Shown in pieces: positions 29,941 through 41,581 of a DNA stretch of 64,000 nucleotides. The notes under the pieces were generated by a model. It worked only from the letters and a program-made list of their open reading frames with translations. It was not told the DNA's origin and made no database searches. The translations under genes were made by a program, and so were the position numbers. Each line of letters begins with the position of its first letter. Position 1 is the stretch's first letter. Location of the stretch: the IMG/VR virus record IMGVR_UViG_3300032227_001172, positions 166,692-230,691 of that record. The stretch is one strand, 5' to 3'. Origin of the DNA: a virus (taxonomy: Duplodnaviria; Caudoviricetes).

Positions 29941-30558
29941 ATGAGTATAACAATTATTGGAGATGTACATGGTAAATATAAGCGTTATCATGAAATTATC
30001 AGAGAAAAAGATAGGCATCCATATACTATTCAATTAGGCGATTTTGGTTTTAAATATGAAACACTTGATAACGTAGACTCAAATAAACATAAAATTATAG
30101 GTGGAAATCATGACAATTATAGTTGCATCATTAATATTCCTCATTACCTTGGGGATTTTGGTTACTCATGCTTGAATGGTGTGAATTTTTTCTATTATAG
30201 AGGGGCTTACAGTATTGATCGTGGATATAGAACAGTTGGAATAGACTGGTGGGAGCAAGAGCAAGTTACTATAGATCAATTCATGAAAGCTAGAGAACTC
30301 TATAGAGAGACTAAACCTAAAATTATGATTACTCATGATTGTCCTCAAAGTATTGCTTTTCAAATGCTTTTGCCTCATCAAAGAGTTTATGAGAATATGA
30401 CAGGATGGGCATTAAATGAATTACTTAATATTCATCAGCCAGATTTATGGGTATTTGGTCATTGGCATCAATCTCGCACTATACAACATGGTAATACAAA
30501 GTTTCTTTGTCTTGACGAACTGGAAACCTATGATATAATACAGGACTCTGGTTTTTAA
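29941..30558 (+). CDS. calcineurin-like metallophosphoesterase
   Basis: IGDVHG, QLGDFG, GGNHD, THDCP, FGHWH. Confidence 0.9.
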   Translation: MSITIIGDVHGKYKRYHEIIREKDRHPYTIQLGDFGFKYETLDNVDSNKHKIIGGNHDNYSCIINIPHYLGDFGYSCLNGVNFFYYRGAYSIDRGYRTVGIDWWEQEQVTIDQFMKARELYRETKPKIMITHDCPQSIAFQMLLPHQRVYENMTGWALNELLNIHQPDLWVFGHWHQSRTIQHGNTKFLCLDELETYDIIQDSGF

Positions 30559-31780
30559 CTATGAAAAATAATGAAAAATACGATAAGCTTAAACTAACTG
30601 TAGAAAAACTTTGTGCTGAAGCTATACAAGCTCAAAGACAAAGAGAGTCCACAGTCGGTTATGGTCTGGACGATTATACAGAAGGACGCATAGTTGGTAG
30701 TGCTGCGTTGGCACGAAAGATAATTAGAGAAATTAGAACACTTAATTAAAGAAAGATTCTTATGAAGAGTAGTAGTTATTTTATTGTGGCCGCATTTGCT
30801 AGTTTTGTTTTTAGTGTTACGCTTTGGTTTATGGGTGATACTGACCTAAATAGAGATCAAGCTATTTTTGTTGGTTTATGGGTTCCTAGTATTCTTGGTC
30901 TGGGAAATCTTGTTAAATGAATAACTTTGTTATATTTATAGTTGGTATAGCAGTAACTCTTATTGCTGGTATGGGAGTTATAACTAGCCAAGTTTTTATT
31001 GGATATAAGAAATTTAAGCTACCAGAAATAATAAATGACGATACCAATACTGTAATTGAGCCGAAGGGTTAGGATTGCGGGTATTCCTTTAATCGATTTC
31101 CGTAGACTTTTAGCGAGGTTTTGTGTAAGACTGAAGAACCTCGCTTCAATACAATAAAAAGAAAAATAATGGAAATTACTACATCGAAATATAGCAGCTT
31201 GGATTTAGAATGGATGAGCGACATACATTATAAATGTTCATATGGATATTTTATACTAAGAGACGATCAATGGATATTTATTCCTTTTGAACAAGAATTT
31301 AATACGGATATCCTATTCAATATAGCCAATGCTCTAAGAAATTTAAATGAAAATATCAACAATGAGCTATGAAGAATTTATTAAGCTTGTTGATCAAACA
31401 TATAACCAATTTAATTGGAGATATGGTCAATGCCTAATGAATGTTCTTCACGGAATCTGTCCTGAAAAATATAGAGAGATTATAGAATCAGATCATGATC
31501 CATATTATATAGAAGATAATGTTTCCAAAACTCTAAAGAAACTACAAGAAGATTGGAAAAAATAAGTTATGATTGATGTTAAAAAAGAGTTGACCAATTT
31601 AGATAAAAGTGATTTTATTAAGGTTTGTAATTTGGTAGACAAAATTATAACAGATATTTGGATAACAGCAAAACAAGAAAAGAACGAAAAATGGAGAGAT
31701 GAACTAAAGATTGCTATAACAAAAGACTATATGATTGATTTAATTAATCCAGACCTATTAGACTTTGACAAAGAGGAACC

Positions 31781-32080
31781 ATGAAAGGCCCATTAATTTA
31801 TTACGAAATTAAAGATATGTACGGTAGCGATCTGAGCAGCACTAAACTTGCTACAGAATTGCGACAGTCCGTACTGGAAGAAATTGAATTAGGCTTTAAT
31901 GTAGAGATTGATTTCAAGGATGTTCGTAGTATATCCAATGGATGGGGACGAAATCTTATTGGAAAAATAGCAAAAGAACAAGGCGTGGACTTTGTTAAGA
32001 AACACATTCTGTTATCTAATATGAATAAGAATGTACGAAGAAATCTTTTAGAAGGAATATCTGATATTCTAGAGGTATAA
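31781..32080 (+). CDS. STAS-like (DUF4325-type) protein
   Basis: VEIDFKDVRSIS....NLIG pattern. Confidence 0.65.
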   Translation: MKGPLIYYEIKDMYGSDLSSTKLATELRQSVLEEIELGFNVEIDFKDVRSISNGWGRNLIGKIAKEQGVDFVKKHILLSNMNKNVRRNLLEGISDILEV

Positions 32081-32730
32081 CAATGAAAACTGATACGATG
32101 ACTTTACTATTGATACTCATAGCAATTATAGTTCTATTAATTGCTTCTCCTCTTATTAACATATTGTGCATTAACATATTGTTTAACACTAATACGCCTA
32201 TTAATCTTTGGACATATCTAGCGTCTTTATGGTTAACAAGCTTAGTTGCTGGTGGAAGCATTAGACCAAAATGAAATTAACTAATCAAGATTTAGAAATT
32301 CTGCAAAACCTATTAGAAGATAAACTAAAAGAAATAGATCTTGGGCCAGAAGGAATAGAAGTATATGAAAAGCCAGAAGTCTATATCAATATTATTAAAA
32401 AATTAGATACAATGTATTTTTCATAAGAAATAACATGACATTTTCAAAAGAAGAACTTGCTCTTTTACACTTGTTAATAGAAGATAAGCTTGAAGATAAT
32501 TTTAATGGGCCGGAGGCTTTATCCAAATATTGGAAGCCAGAAATTCTTATAGGTATACTTAAGAAGATAGATAAGCTCTACTATGAATCAATATAAATGT
32601 TATCATATAAACTATATCTGTTTAGCTCTAGTCGGATATATTTTACTTTATATGAATACGAACTGGCAAATTTGTTGGGCTATCTTTATTATACATTGGG
32701 CAATCAATCTAGAGATAGAGGCAAAAAGAA

Positions 32731-33495
32731 ATGTTAAGACATAGGATTCATCCTTGGAATTGTAGTAAATTTGCTGACCTTATAAGAGGATCGGTTAAAC
32801 CCGCAGGACTGACATTAGAGGGTTGGAAAGAATGGAAAATTGAACAAAAAACAAAACATCCTGTCAGATATTGGTTTGCTGAAAAAGGTTTGATTAAGTT
32901 ACAGAACTTTTTAATGTTTCCGCTTGATATTTATGGTGAAGCTAAATATTATATCTATAATCGCTGGATAGATAAAACTCATTATCTGCAAACAGGATTA
33001 AAGCCAGGTCATTATTATGAGTTTGACTATAGGATTCTTCATGGGATTTTTAATGAATTAGTTATTTATGTTGAAGTTGAACTGGCCCATACTATGAAAG
33101 CATATCCTGAGCGTAAATATAAATTTGTTAATGGGAGATGTGCAAAGGCAGGATTAGATCATCTAGAGTGGGCCTGTGATTTAAAGTATACTAAGGATTG
33201 GGGAGTAGATAAAAAAGACCCAAAATATGGAAAACCAACCCAGCAAGCAATTACCGCAAAAAAAATCAAAGAGCTTTATCTTTGGTGGAAAGATCGTCCA
33301 AATAGACCAGAGCCTATGGAGGTTGCTAAATTAACTTGGGATCAAGATAAAGAAGATAATTTAATGAATGGTAAGATAACAAGAAAAGAATTATCTGAAT
33401 TCAAAAAACTTGAGAAGATTGAAGCAGACTACGAAAAAGAAGATACCAAAATGCTTATTGAACTAATTAAAATCCGTAAGGAGTTGTGGTCATGA
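32731..33495 (+). CDS. conserved phage hypothetical protein
   Basis: 254-aa ORF with ELYLWWK.RP and EDTKMLIELIKIR. Confidence 0.75.
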   Translation: MLRHRIHPWNCSKFADLIRGSVKPAGLTLEGWKEWKIEQKTKHPVRYWFAEKGLIKLQNFLMFPLDIYGEAKYYIYNRWIDKTHYLQTGLKPGHYYEFDYRILHGIFNELVIYVEVELAHTMKAYPERKYKFVNGRCAKAGLDHLEWACDLKYTKDWGVDKKDPKYGKPTQQAITAKKIKELYLWWKDRPNRPEPMEVAKLTWDQDKEDNLMNGKITRKELSEFKKLEKIEADYEKEDTKMLIELIKIRKELWS

Positions 33496-34152
33496 AAGTT
33501 TATCACTTTTCTGCAAGTTGTCTTTAGCCCATAAAGGCTGAGTGTTAGTATAATGAAATAATTGAATTAATTCTTTTTCATTTTTGGCAGATGATAAAGG
33601 AACAATATGGTCTATGTGCCATTTACCATAATTATTCCAACTCATGTTTTTATCAAACATTTTAGATAGATATTCCTTATATTGCTCTAAAGATAGCCCT
33701 AAATACTCTAGTGTTGATTTGTTTTTATTTTTAACGAAATGACTAAGCCTAGCACGAAGGCTACATTTGATTCTAAAAAGTATATCTTCTTGTCTTTTCT
33801 TTTTTATGTACTGCTTGTGATATTCGTTGTTTTTTGATTTGTTTTTTTTATACCATTGTTTACAACTTGCACTGATCTTACCTTTATTTTTTAAATAACT
33901 TAGTTTTCGTTGATCTCTAATTTTGTCTTTATTATTATGTCCATATAGCTTACGTTGTTTTGCAATTTTATCTGAATTAATTTGTCTGTATTTTTTTTGG
34001 TAATCATTTAAACACTCTTTACATTCTGCGGTAACTTGAAATTTACCACTTGCCGAAAAATTAAAACATAAAATTGATTTGTCTACAGAGCATTTTTTGC
34101 ATCTCTTAATATTAAAAACTATCATCCTTGCACCTAAATACACAAAGCCCAA
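33490..34152 (-). CDS. HNH endonuclease, probable homing endonuclease
   Basis: N-terminal CxxC pairs; MSWNNYGKWHIDHIVP...HYTNTQPLWAKDNLQK; only convincing minus-strand gene. Confidence 0.85.
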   Translation of the reverse strand: MGFVYLGARMIVFNIKRCKKCSVDKSILCFNFSASGKFQVTAECKECLNDYQKKYRQINSDKIAKQRKLYGHNNKDKIRDQRKLSYLKNKGKISASCKQWYKKNKSKNNEYHKQYIKKKRQEDILFRIKCSLRARLSHFVKNKNKSTLEYLGLSLEQYKEYLSKMFDKNMSWNNYGKWHIDHIVPLSSAKNEKELIQLFHYTNTQPLWAKDNLQKSDKLS

Positions 34153-34267
34153 ACATCGTCAAATTAGGGTTGACAATGCTCAGGCTTCGTGATATAATTA
34201 AATTGTACGGTTTTATAGAAGTGGCCCTAATACACTACTACAAAAATATAATACACCAAAAAACACT

Positions 34268-34600
34268 ATGAATGAAAACCAACCAAGTTTAGAAAACGAT
34301 TTATTAAACTCAGAATATATCAAAAATAAGTGTAAAACAAGCGATGTTTATTCACAAAATTTGTATGCTGCTATGGCAAATAACTTATTCTACAAGAATG
34401 ATGAAGAATGGAGTTGTAGTTGGAGATGTGCTGGTGGCATTGTAGCTGATTTAAATGAAATAGGAGATTACATGGACTGGTATTGTTCTGGAATTTGTGC
34501 CAATGAAACAACAGGCTATGTAGTAGAAGGATATGTAACATCTGAGATATCAAATGATATACTTAATTTAGGATGGCATCATAAACCATATGAGTCGTAA
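34268..34600 (+). CDS. conserved phage protein (YSQNLYAAM, WSCSWR, GDYMDWYCSG)
   Basis: Motifs. Confidence 0.75.
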   Translation: MNENQPSLENDLLNSEYIKNKCKTSDVYSQNLYAAMANNLFYKNDEEWSCSWRCAGGIVADLNEIGDYMDWYCSGICANETTGYVVEGYVTSEISNDILNLGWHHKPYES

Positions 34601-34729
34601 TTAAAGCTTGGGCTTTATGGAAATACTTATTGAAGATCAAACCTATTGTCTTGCCACTGGTGTATAACTTCTTATAGGACAACTTTTTAGTCCTATAAAT
34701 ACTTAATAATTAAACTCATTCAATAATAT

Positions 34730-35245
34730 ATGTACAAAGACATTGATCTATATAAGGAACTACATAAAACTAACTCTGAATACGGTGCTACCGGATTCAA
34801 TTATTGTAATCTTATTAACTTTTATCTAGAACATTACAGTAATGAAATTAAAACAGCTCTAGATTTTGGTTGCGGAAAAGGAACATTGAAGCAATGTATT
34901 GATTTTCCTATTGATGAATATGATCCAGCAGTAGAGGGTAAAGAAAATATTTCACAAAATCAATATGATTTAATTATTACTACTGATGTACTAGAACACT
35001 TGTATGAGAACGAAATTTCTTTAGTGTGTACAGAATTCATGAATCTAAAACCTAAACGTATGTTACATTTTATTCACACAGTTGAGGCTAAGACAATTTT
35101 ACCAGATAACACTAATGCTCATAAGACCGTTAAGCATGGTGAGTGGTGGAAAAATACTATTTCTAAATATACTAACTTTAATATTCATATGACTCAATAT
35201 GATAAAGTTGCTGTATTGAACTGCATATATGATTCAACTAAATAG
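34730..35245 (+). CDS. class I SAM-dependent methyltransferase
   Basis: LDFGCGKG, YDP, DLIITTDVLEHL. Confidence 0.88.
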   Translation: MYKDIDLYKELHKTNSEYGATGFNYCNLINFYLEHYSNEIKTALDFGCGKGTLKQCIDFPIDEYDPAVEGKENISQNQYDLIITTDVLEHLYENEISLVCTEFMNLKPKRMLHFIHTVEAKTILPDNTNAHKTVKHGEWWKNTISKYTNFNIHMTQYDKVAVLNCIYDSTK

Positions 35246-35391
35246 TGTATCTTTCAAGATTAATAAACAAGACTCTCTCTACGAATTAAATATACAGGAA
35301 AGATCTGTATATACTAACGAGTCCACTACAATAGAACATAGTATTTCTGGATTATCTTTAGATCAATTGAGGAATTTAAGAGATTCTCTTA

Positions 35392-35886
35392 GTGATTTTT
35401 TATGGAATAAATACAATGAAGGTTTTTGATATTGAAATTCCAGACAATATATTAGAGATTATGAAAAATGAACCGGTACGAGAAAGAGGTAATTTTTCTA
35501 TCTCATTGACAAGTCCTCCACCGTCTGTTAATATAGACATAGCCGCTAATGCTAAATATATAGAGATTAATGAACAGCTTAAAGCTGATTTTTGGTTTTC
35601 TTTGAAAAACTCAATACATTATGACACTATTAAATACAGCAATTGTATTGCATATCCACCAAAAGGAGGTATGGATTGGCATACCAATGGTAATGATCCC
35701 GGCATGAGAATTTATGTGTCGTGGAGCGAAAATGGAGATAGTGGTATGATGTGGTATAAAAATAATCAAATTCTTATAGATAAAGATAGTCCCGGTTTTA
35801 ACATTAGACAATTTTTAACGCCGTGTTGGCATGGTGTGTGGTCTAATTGTTATAGATATTCAATGGGGTTTAAATTAAATATATGA
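35392..35886 (+). CDS. 2OG-Fe(II) oxygenase/cupin-like protein
   Basis: YPPKGGMDWHTN ... CWHGV...RYSMG. Confidence 0.6.
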   Translation: MIFYGINTMKVFDIEIPDNILEIMKNEPVRERGNFSISLTSPPPSVNIDIAANAKYIEINEQLKADFWFSLKNSIHYDTIKYSNCIAYPPKGGMDWHTNGNDPGMRIYVSWSENGDSGMMWYKNNQILIDKDSPGFNIRQFLTPCWHGVWSNCYRYSMGFKLNI

Positions 35887-36278
35887 TAGGTATCAATATA
35901 CAATATCCATGGTCAGAATTATTAATTAATGAAAATAAATGTGTAGAAACAAGAAGCTATCCATTGCCGACTAAATATATTGGTGAAACTTTAGCTTTAA
36001 TAGAAACTCCAGGCAAACATGGTAAGTTTGAGGCTAGAATTATTGGTACAATTGTATTTAGTCATTCATTCAAATATGATTCTTATCAAGAATGGATTAG
36101 TGATCATAATCGACATTTAGTACAAACTACCGATCCGTTATTTGGCTGGAATACTAAACCTAAATATGGTTGGGTAGTATGTCAAATTAATAAATTTGAT
36201 CAACCAATTTTAGCACCTAAACGTAAAGGTATTATTTTTACTAATGATTGTATGTCATTAAATTGTTCTGGAGTATAA
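35883..36278 (+). CDS. ASCH domain protein, paralog of 25876-26256
   Basis: INIQYPWSELLINENKCVETRS; LALIETPGK shared. Confidence 0.85.
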   Translation: MIGINIQYPWSELLINENKCVETRSYPLPTKYIGETLALIETPGKHGKFEARIIGTIVFSHSFKYDSYQEWISDHNRHLVQTTDPLFGWNTKPKYGWVVCQINKFDQPILAPKRKGIIFTNDCMSLNCSGV

Positions 36279-37547
36279 AATGCCACGAAATTATTCAATT
36301 AAAGACACTATAGAACAAGAAAAACAAAAACGATTAGGACAGAATAATGTGTCATTACCATCAATAAAACATGATAAACCACTAAATAATCAGGATAATA
36401 CTAGTATATTAAATATCCATGATACATCATCTATATCTGTGGACGATCAATCAAATGATCCTATTATAAGTAAAGGCTTTTTTGCTAAATTATTTGGTTG
36501 GAAATAAGGATTTGTTAAAGTCTGGTATTGACACTGACGATAACTGTGTTATACTTATAGAACTTAAGGGACCACTATGTGCAACAACACCATGTCTAAA
36601 TTAGACAAATTACATCTAGTAAGTTATATCTTAAAAAATTATGTGGATAACTATCCAGCAGCAAGTGATGTTTTGTTATCGGATCTAAAATTGGCACAAG
36701 CTTTTATATTAGATATGTGCGATTCATATACTCAAGACTTCAAATAGCTTATATTATCTTCTAACTATAGTAAGGGAAACATTATGAAGGACAGATTTGA
36801 TCTTGAAAATGAAATTAATGAGTTACACTTTTATATCAATCAATTAGATATGATTAATGATAATATTTTAAATCATGAGTCTGATCTTGATAAAGATACT
36901 GTGGCTAATGCTATTCAAGGAGTTAGCACTCTAATGGGTCTTTATGCTAATAAATTATTCGATACGATGCAACAAGTTTTTAAGTTAGACCATTATAAAG
37001 ATTATAAGGAGATTGTATGATTGTTTCTACAGAAAATTTTTCTCAACAGGTTTTTTCTTATATCAATCGCCAGTATGGACAAAATATATTAAGCAAAGTA
37101 CAATCCGCTAATAATCAGCATATTGTTAATAAATTATTGGATGTTTCTGTTAATCAAAAAGACACAGTAGATCACGCTGCCAATAAAGTAATCGCTATGT
37201 TGAGGATGAATCCATGAAACATATACATACTTATGCTCATGCTTTTTATTTGAGCGTTTATGCGTACATTGAAATGGAGTATAAACCTAAATACGTTAAA
37301 CTCTTTATCGACTCAGATATTTCTGAAAAACTTGTAGATCTAACTACTCAATATTATTGGGGAGGCAATACTGTTCCATTTACAGCAGCACAGATTGTCG
37401 ATTTATTGAAAAGTAAATATGGTAAATAGTTATATAAATACTATATGTATAGTACTGATTGGCTTGATTATTATCGAAACTGTCGTACATACATTATTTA
37501 ATAATCATCAGTAATACGGATATAAAATTTTACTTAAGGAGATTTAA

Positions 37548-37862
37548 ATGAAGCCAATACTTTCGCTAGTTGTATGTTTTTCTCTCATATTATTCTGTTC
37601 TCTGGATGCTCAGGCTCACAATGATTGGATACCATATACTGTAATTCCTACTCCTCCAGTTATTGAAGTGCCAATGATGCCTAGTGTTACTTATTCTACA
37701 AGAGATTATTTTAGTCCTAGACCAGCTATTTTAACTTATGATTGGGTTCCATATTATTCTACTAAAACTTTGACAGTGGAGCGGTATGGCTTACTATGTA
37801 AATATAGAACAGTGATACAGCAACCCTGTATAGAATGGGTGTATCAGCCCGTGTGGAAATAA
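37548..37862 (+). CDS. secreted hypothetical protein
   Basis: Signal peptide ending AQA. Confidence 0.65.
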   Translation: MKPILSLVVCFSLILFCSLDAQAHNDWIPYTVIPTPPVIEVPMMPSVTYSTRDYFSPRPAILTYDWVPYYSTKTLTVERYGLLCKYRTVIQQPCIEWVYQPVWK

Positions 37863-38892
37863 TATCTTTTATACCTTCAAGAAGGAATCCTTAATATGAA
37901 CAGATTTTACAGAGCGTTGGAGGCTAGGTATCAAGCTAATATTGAAGAAGCATTAGCTGTATTGGATCTTTACTTTAATAAGTCTGTAGGAGTAGGAGAA
38001 CATCCAGACATATGTGAGATTTTGGATCAGTATTTAGTAAAATTAGATGATAATAAAGGAAAGCTTGAAACATTGAGAAATCTATTTGGTCAATCAGATA
38101 CGGAAAACACCAAAACAGAATAATTCTCATGCCTAATCCAATAAAGCCATTAAAATATCTAAGCGTTTTACCAGAACGTAAAAAAGAAATTGGCTTGATA
38201 TATAAAGATCATAGGATATCAGAATATATAGAAGAACTATATGAATTAATAGAATATCAAATGCGTATCATACACGAACAACGATCTGCGATAGTGGCTG
38301 AGAAACATTGTGATGCTTGGAAACAATACTATAAAACATTAGATATCTATAATGAACAATCTCGTAGATATTTTACAAAAGAAGAACTAGAATCTAGAAA
38401 GTGCTAAAAATGTTGTGGTCTAGCGTAAGAACTTGGGCTAAAAATCAAGGATATTATACTAATCGAATAAAAATTGAGAATGAAGAAGATACTCAATATC
38501 AGTATGACTGGTATAAGCTAGATGATCCATCTATTAAGGGGCAAACTACTAGTGCTAGTAAATTAGCTACAGCAATATATAACAATATTACAAATAATAA
38601 ATATTTAGAATATCAAACACAATATAAACTTAATCAAACTAATAAAGATGTAGATCATAATGAATTCAAATGATGAATCTAAATTTAAAATTCAAACACT
38701 ACCAATCACCTTAGCATCTGCTATTGTTTCTGTTTTAAACGGTATCATAGGATACATCGCCGTTTATTTTTTTAAACCATTATGGGAAAAAATTGTATCT
38801 AAGTGGAACAATAAATCATAATGTATTCGCTTTGGTGCTAATCTAATGCAAAATCTACAAAAACCAAACACTCTATCAGAAAGGGTCGTATA

Positions 38893-39546
38893 TTGAGTAA
38901 TTATCTTAATCTAGATATTCCAATTTTTATTGCATATCTTGATACTGGTTTTTTATATAATAAACCAGCTAATATTGATAATCCAAGAATACCTGTAGAG
39001 ATTTTTTCTTTTACTTCCATACCACAAAGATGTGCTATGTTCAGTATTATGACTGAATATGGAAGTCAACACGCCAGAGTGCCTATACATTATTTAAGAG
39101 CCAACGAGACAGGCGGCTCAAAGTTTCCCTTAGATTGGATAGAACTTTGGGATTGTCTGAGCTATTATGCTTCTTGTCATATTAATGCTTATACAAAAAA
39201 TAGAGCAGCCAATATTATGTTAAAAGATAAAACATTACACAAATGTAAATATCTATTTACTATAGATTGGTGTTTTGGTCCTCAATATGAAAATGGCTAT
39301 GGTGAAATAGCAGCAGGGCATAAGTGTGGACATTTTTTTGAAGGAGAAGGTGGACAATATTTTATGCAACCAAATAATAGGGTGTTGTGGATGGATGGAG
39401 GTAGTTGGATTCAAAAATCTTTCGACAAAAAACCTGACTGGAAAGTATTTGGGCAAGAATTTAGTTGTGAACATACTGGTAGTAGATGGGTCAGCGAATC
39501 TTCTGAAGAATTATTCTTTTATGACTTTAAAGAGGCAAAAGAATAA
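38893..39546 (+). CDS. conserved phage hypothetical protein
   Basis: YLFTIDW, HKCGH, QPNNRVLW motifs. Confidence 0.75.
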   Translation: MSNYLNLDIPIFIAYLDTGFLYNKPANIDNPRIPVEIFSFTSIPQRCAMFSIMTEYGSQHARVPIHYLRANETGGSKFPLDWIELWDCLSYYASCHINAYTKNRAANIMLKDKTLHKCKYLFTIDWCFGPQYENGYGEIAAGHKCGHFFEGEGGQYFMQPNNRVLWMDGGSWIQKSFDKKPDWKVFGQEFSCEHTGSRWVSESSEELFFYDFKEAKE

Positions 39547-39775
39547 TGTATGTCAAATTTGTGTCTAAATCAGACGAATGGTTTGATGCTGGAACAGAAG
39601 TTTTTGATGCTACAATATGTGATTGGGGCAGAATCACCAAAAGAATGGCTGTTGATGACTATACGGTTTGGCTAAAAGCTGGACATATTCTTGGTAGAGG
39701 ACTAAGGAATGGGTTTTGGGATGAGGAACTTTGTCCATTAGAAGAGTTTGAAATATCATATACAGAGGATCAATT

Positions 39776-40429
39776 ATGAGTGTAAAATTAATAAGTATAA
39801 CACCAGACGCAGAAAAAAATATTGCTTATTGTGCTAGAGTGTCCAATCCAAACAACCAAGATAGCGATAATATTTCTGGCTTGTTGGGATATTGTATTAA
39901 ACACAAACATTGGAGCATATTTGAAATGGCAAGTATGTGTTTAGAATTAAATACCACTAGAGGCTTGGCTGCACAGATTCTAAGACACAGAAGTTTTAAT
40001 TTTCAAGAATTTAGCCAAAGATATGCCGATACTACCTTCTTGTCTGAAGAAATTCCTATGTTTGAATTAAGAAGACAAGACAACAAAAATAGACAAAATA
40101 GTATTTCTGATATTTCTGATGAAATTAAATCTAAATGGGGATCTAAAATTAGAGAACATTTTGCTAAGGGAAAGGCTATTTATGATGGAATGATTGCTGA
40201 TGGTATAGCAAAAGAATGTGCTAGATTTGTTTTGCCACTAGCAACGCCGACTAGACTGTATATGAATGGTACTATTCGCAGTTGGATTACCTATATAGCA
40301 CTCAGAGAAAAAAATGGAACTCAAAAAGAACATATAGATATAGCAAAAGAATGTAAAAAGATTTTTTGTGAACAATTTCCAGTAATTAGCAAGGCATTGG
40401 GTGGTGAAGAAAATTTATGGCAAATATAA
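39776..40429 (+). CDS. thyX: flavin-dependent thymidylate synthase
   Basis: HWSIFE, QILRHRSFNFQEFSQRY, KECARFVLP. Confidence 0.97.
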   Translation: MSVKLISITPDAEKNIAYCARVSNPNNQDSDNISGLLGYCIKHKHWSIFEMASMCLELNTTRGLAAQILRHRSFNFQEFSQRYADTTFLSEEIPMFELRRQDNKNRQNSISDISDEIKSKWGSKIREHFAKGKAIYDGMIADGIAKECARFVLPLATPTRLYMNGTIRSWITYIALREKNGTQKEHIDIAKECKKIFCEQFPVISKALGGEENLWQI

Positions 40430-40962
40430 TATCTATACCAATTACTACAGAGATATATCAAGAGGCCGAAAAAAGAAATAATCAATATTTATCCAGATTA
40501 GGTCATTTAGGCACTCACAGAACAGACAAAAGTAGACAACGAATGACGGGATATTTAGCAGAGGCTTCGATCATCTTTACATTTCCTACTATACAGTATA
40601 GTACTAATGATAATGTCGATTTTGTTTTAGATTCTTCTATTACCATAGATTCTAAAGCCCAAGGATGCAATGTTAAGCCACAAGACTATTTTAGTGCTAC
40701 ATTATATGAAGAACAAAAAAATAGGACTACAGACTATTACATTTTTAGTCGAGTAAAAAATGATTTTAGCGTTGCCTGGATATGTGGTATTATTTCTAAG
40801 AAAAAATTTTTCCAGATTGCACAATTAAAAGAGGCTGGGCATCAGACAAACAATTTTACTTACGATCAAAGCAGATATGAAGTACAATACAAAGATCTAA
40901 AAGGAGTAGGTGAATTTATCACATGGTACAATGGCGTTACAAATCAAAAAGCAACCATTTAA
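40417..40962 (+). CDS. PD-(D/E)XK-like nuclease-fold protein
   Basis: G.LAE...VDF...IDSK pattern. Confidence 0.5.
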   Translation: MANIISIPITTEIYQEAEKRNNQYLSRLGHLGTHRTDKSRQRMTGYLAEASIIFTFPTIQYSTNDNVDFVLDSSITIDSKAQGCNVKPQDYFSATLYEEQKNRTTDYYIFSRVKNDFSVAWICGIISKKKFFQIAQLKEAGHQTNNFTYDQSRYEVQYKDLKGVGEFITWYNGVTNQKATI

Positions 40963-41545
40963 TTCTGTTTGGGTTTGTGCCGACTCGCAAGAAGAGCTAG
41001 GTAATACTTTTATACGTTTTCAAGAATATTATGAAAGCCCTAATAAGGATTTTAGGAACAAAATCTTTACTGTTGGTCAGGTTAGAGCGTGGTATTCTAT
41101 AGAATACGGAGCAGATACCTATCATCATGATTGGACTGGTTTTAATTTTCCAAGTCAAATTTTAGAACCTTTTCGCAAAGGATTATTCGATCCGCTTACT
41201 AGCGAAGAAAAATATTTGTTGGATGTGCTTAGATATAGACACGATAATTTCTATATTATAGGTGCTCAAACACAGGCAGTGTTAAGACATGAACTATCTC
41301 ATGCGTTGTATTCTTATTGTGTTAAATATAAGATATCTATTGATCAATTATGTCATAAATATAAAAAAGATCTTAAAAAAATATCACAGTATATTCTGGA
41401 TAAAGGCTACGATACAAGCGTGATCAACGATGAATTACAAGCATATGTAACAGATAATGACGATGATTTTATCCAAACAAATACTCCTGCATTTATTATT
41501 GATCAAATCAATCAGCTATATCTTTACCATAGCAAACAATGCTAA
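40910..41545 (+). CDS. hypothetical protein with HExxH zincin-like motif
   Basis: RFQEYYESP, LRHELSHALY, DELQAY. Confidence 0.6.
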   Translation: MNLSHGTMALQIKKQPFNSVWVCADSQEELGNTFIRFQEYYESPNKDFRNKIFTVGQVRAWYSIEYGADTYHHDWTGFNFPSQILEPFRKGLFDPLTSEEKYLLDVLRYRHDNFYIIGAQTQAVLRHELSHALYSYCVKYKISIDQLCHKYKKDLKKISQYILDKGYDTSVINDELQAYVTDNDDDFIQTNTPAFIIDQINQLYLYHSKQC

Positions 41546-41581
41546 AGTATCGGTTGACAAATGCCGATATGTCTGTTATGA

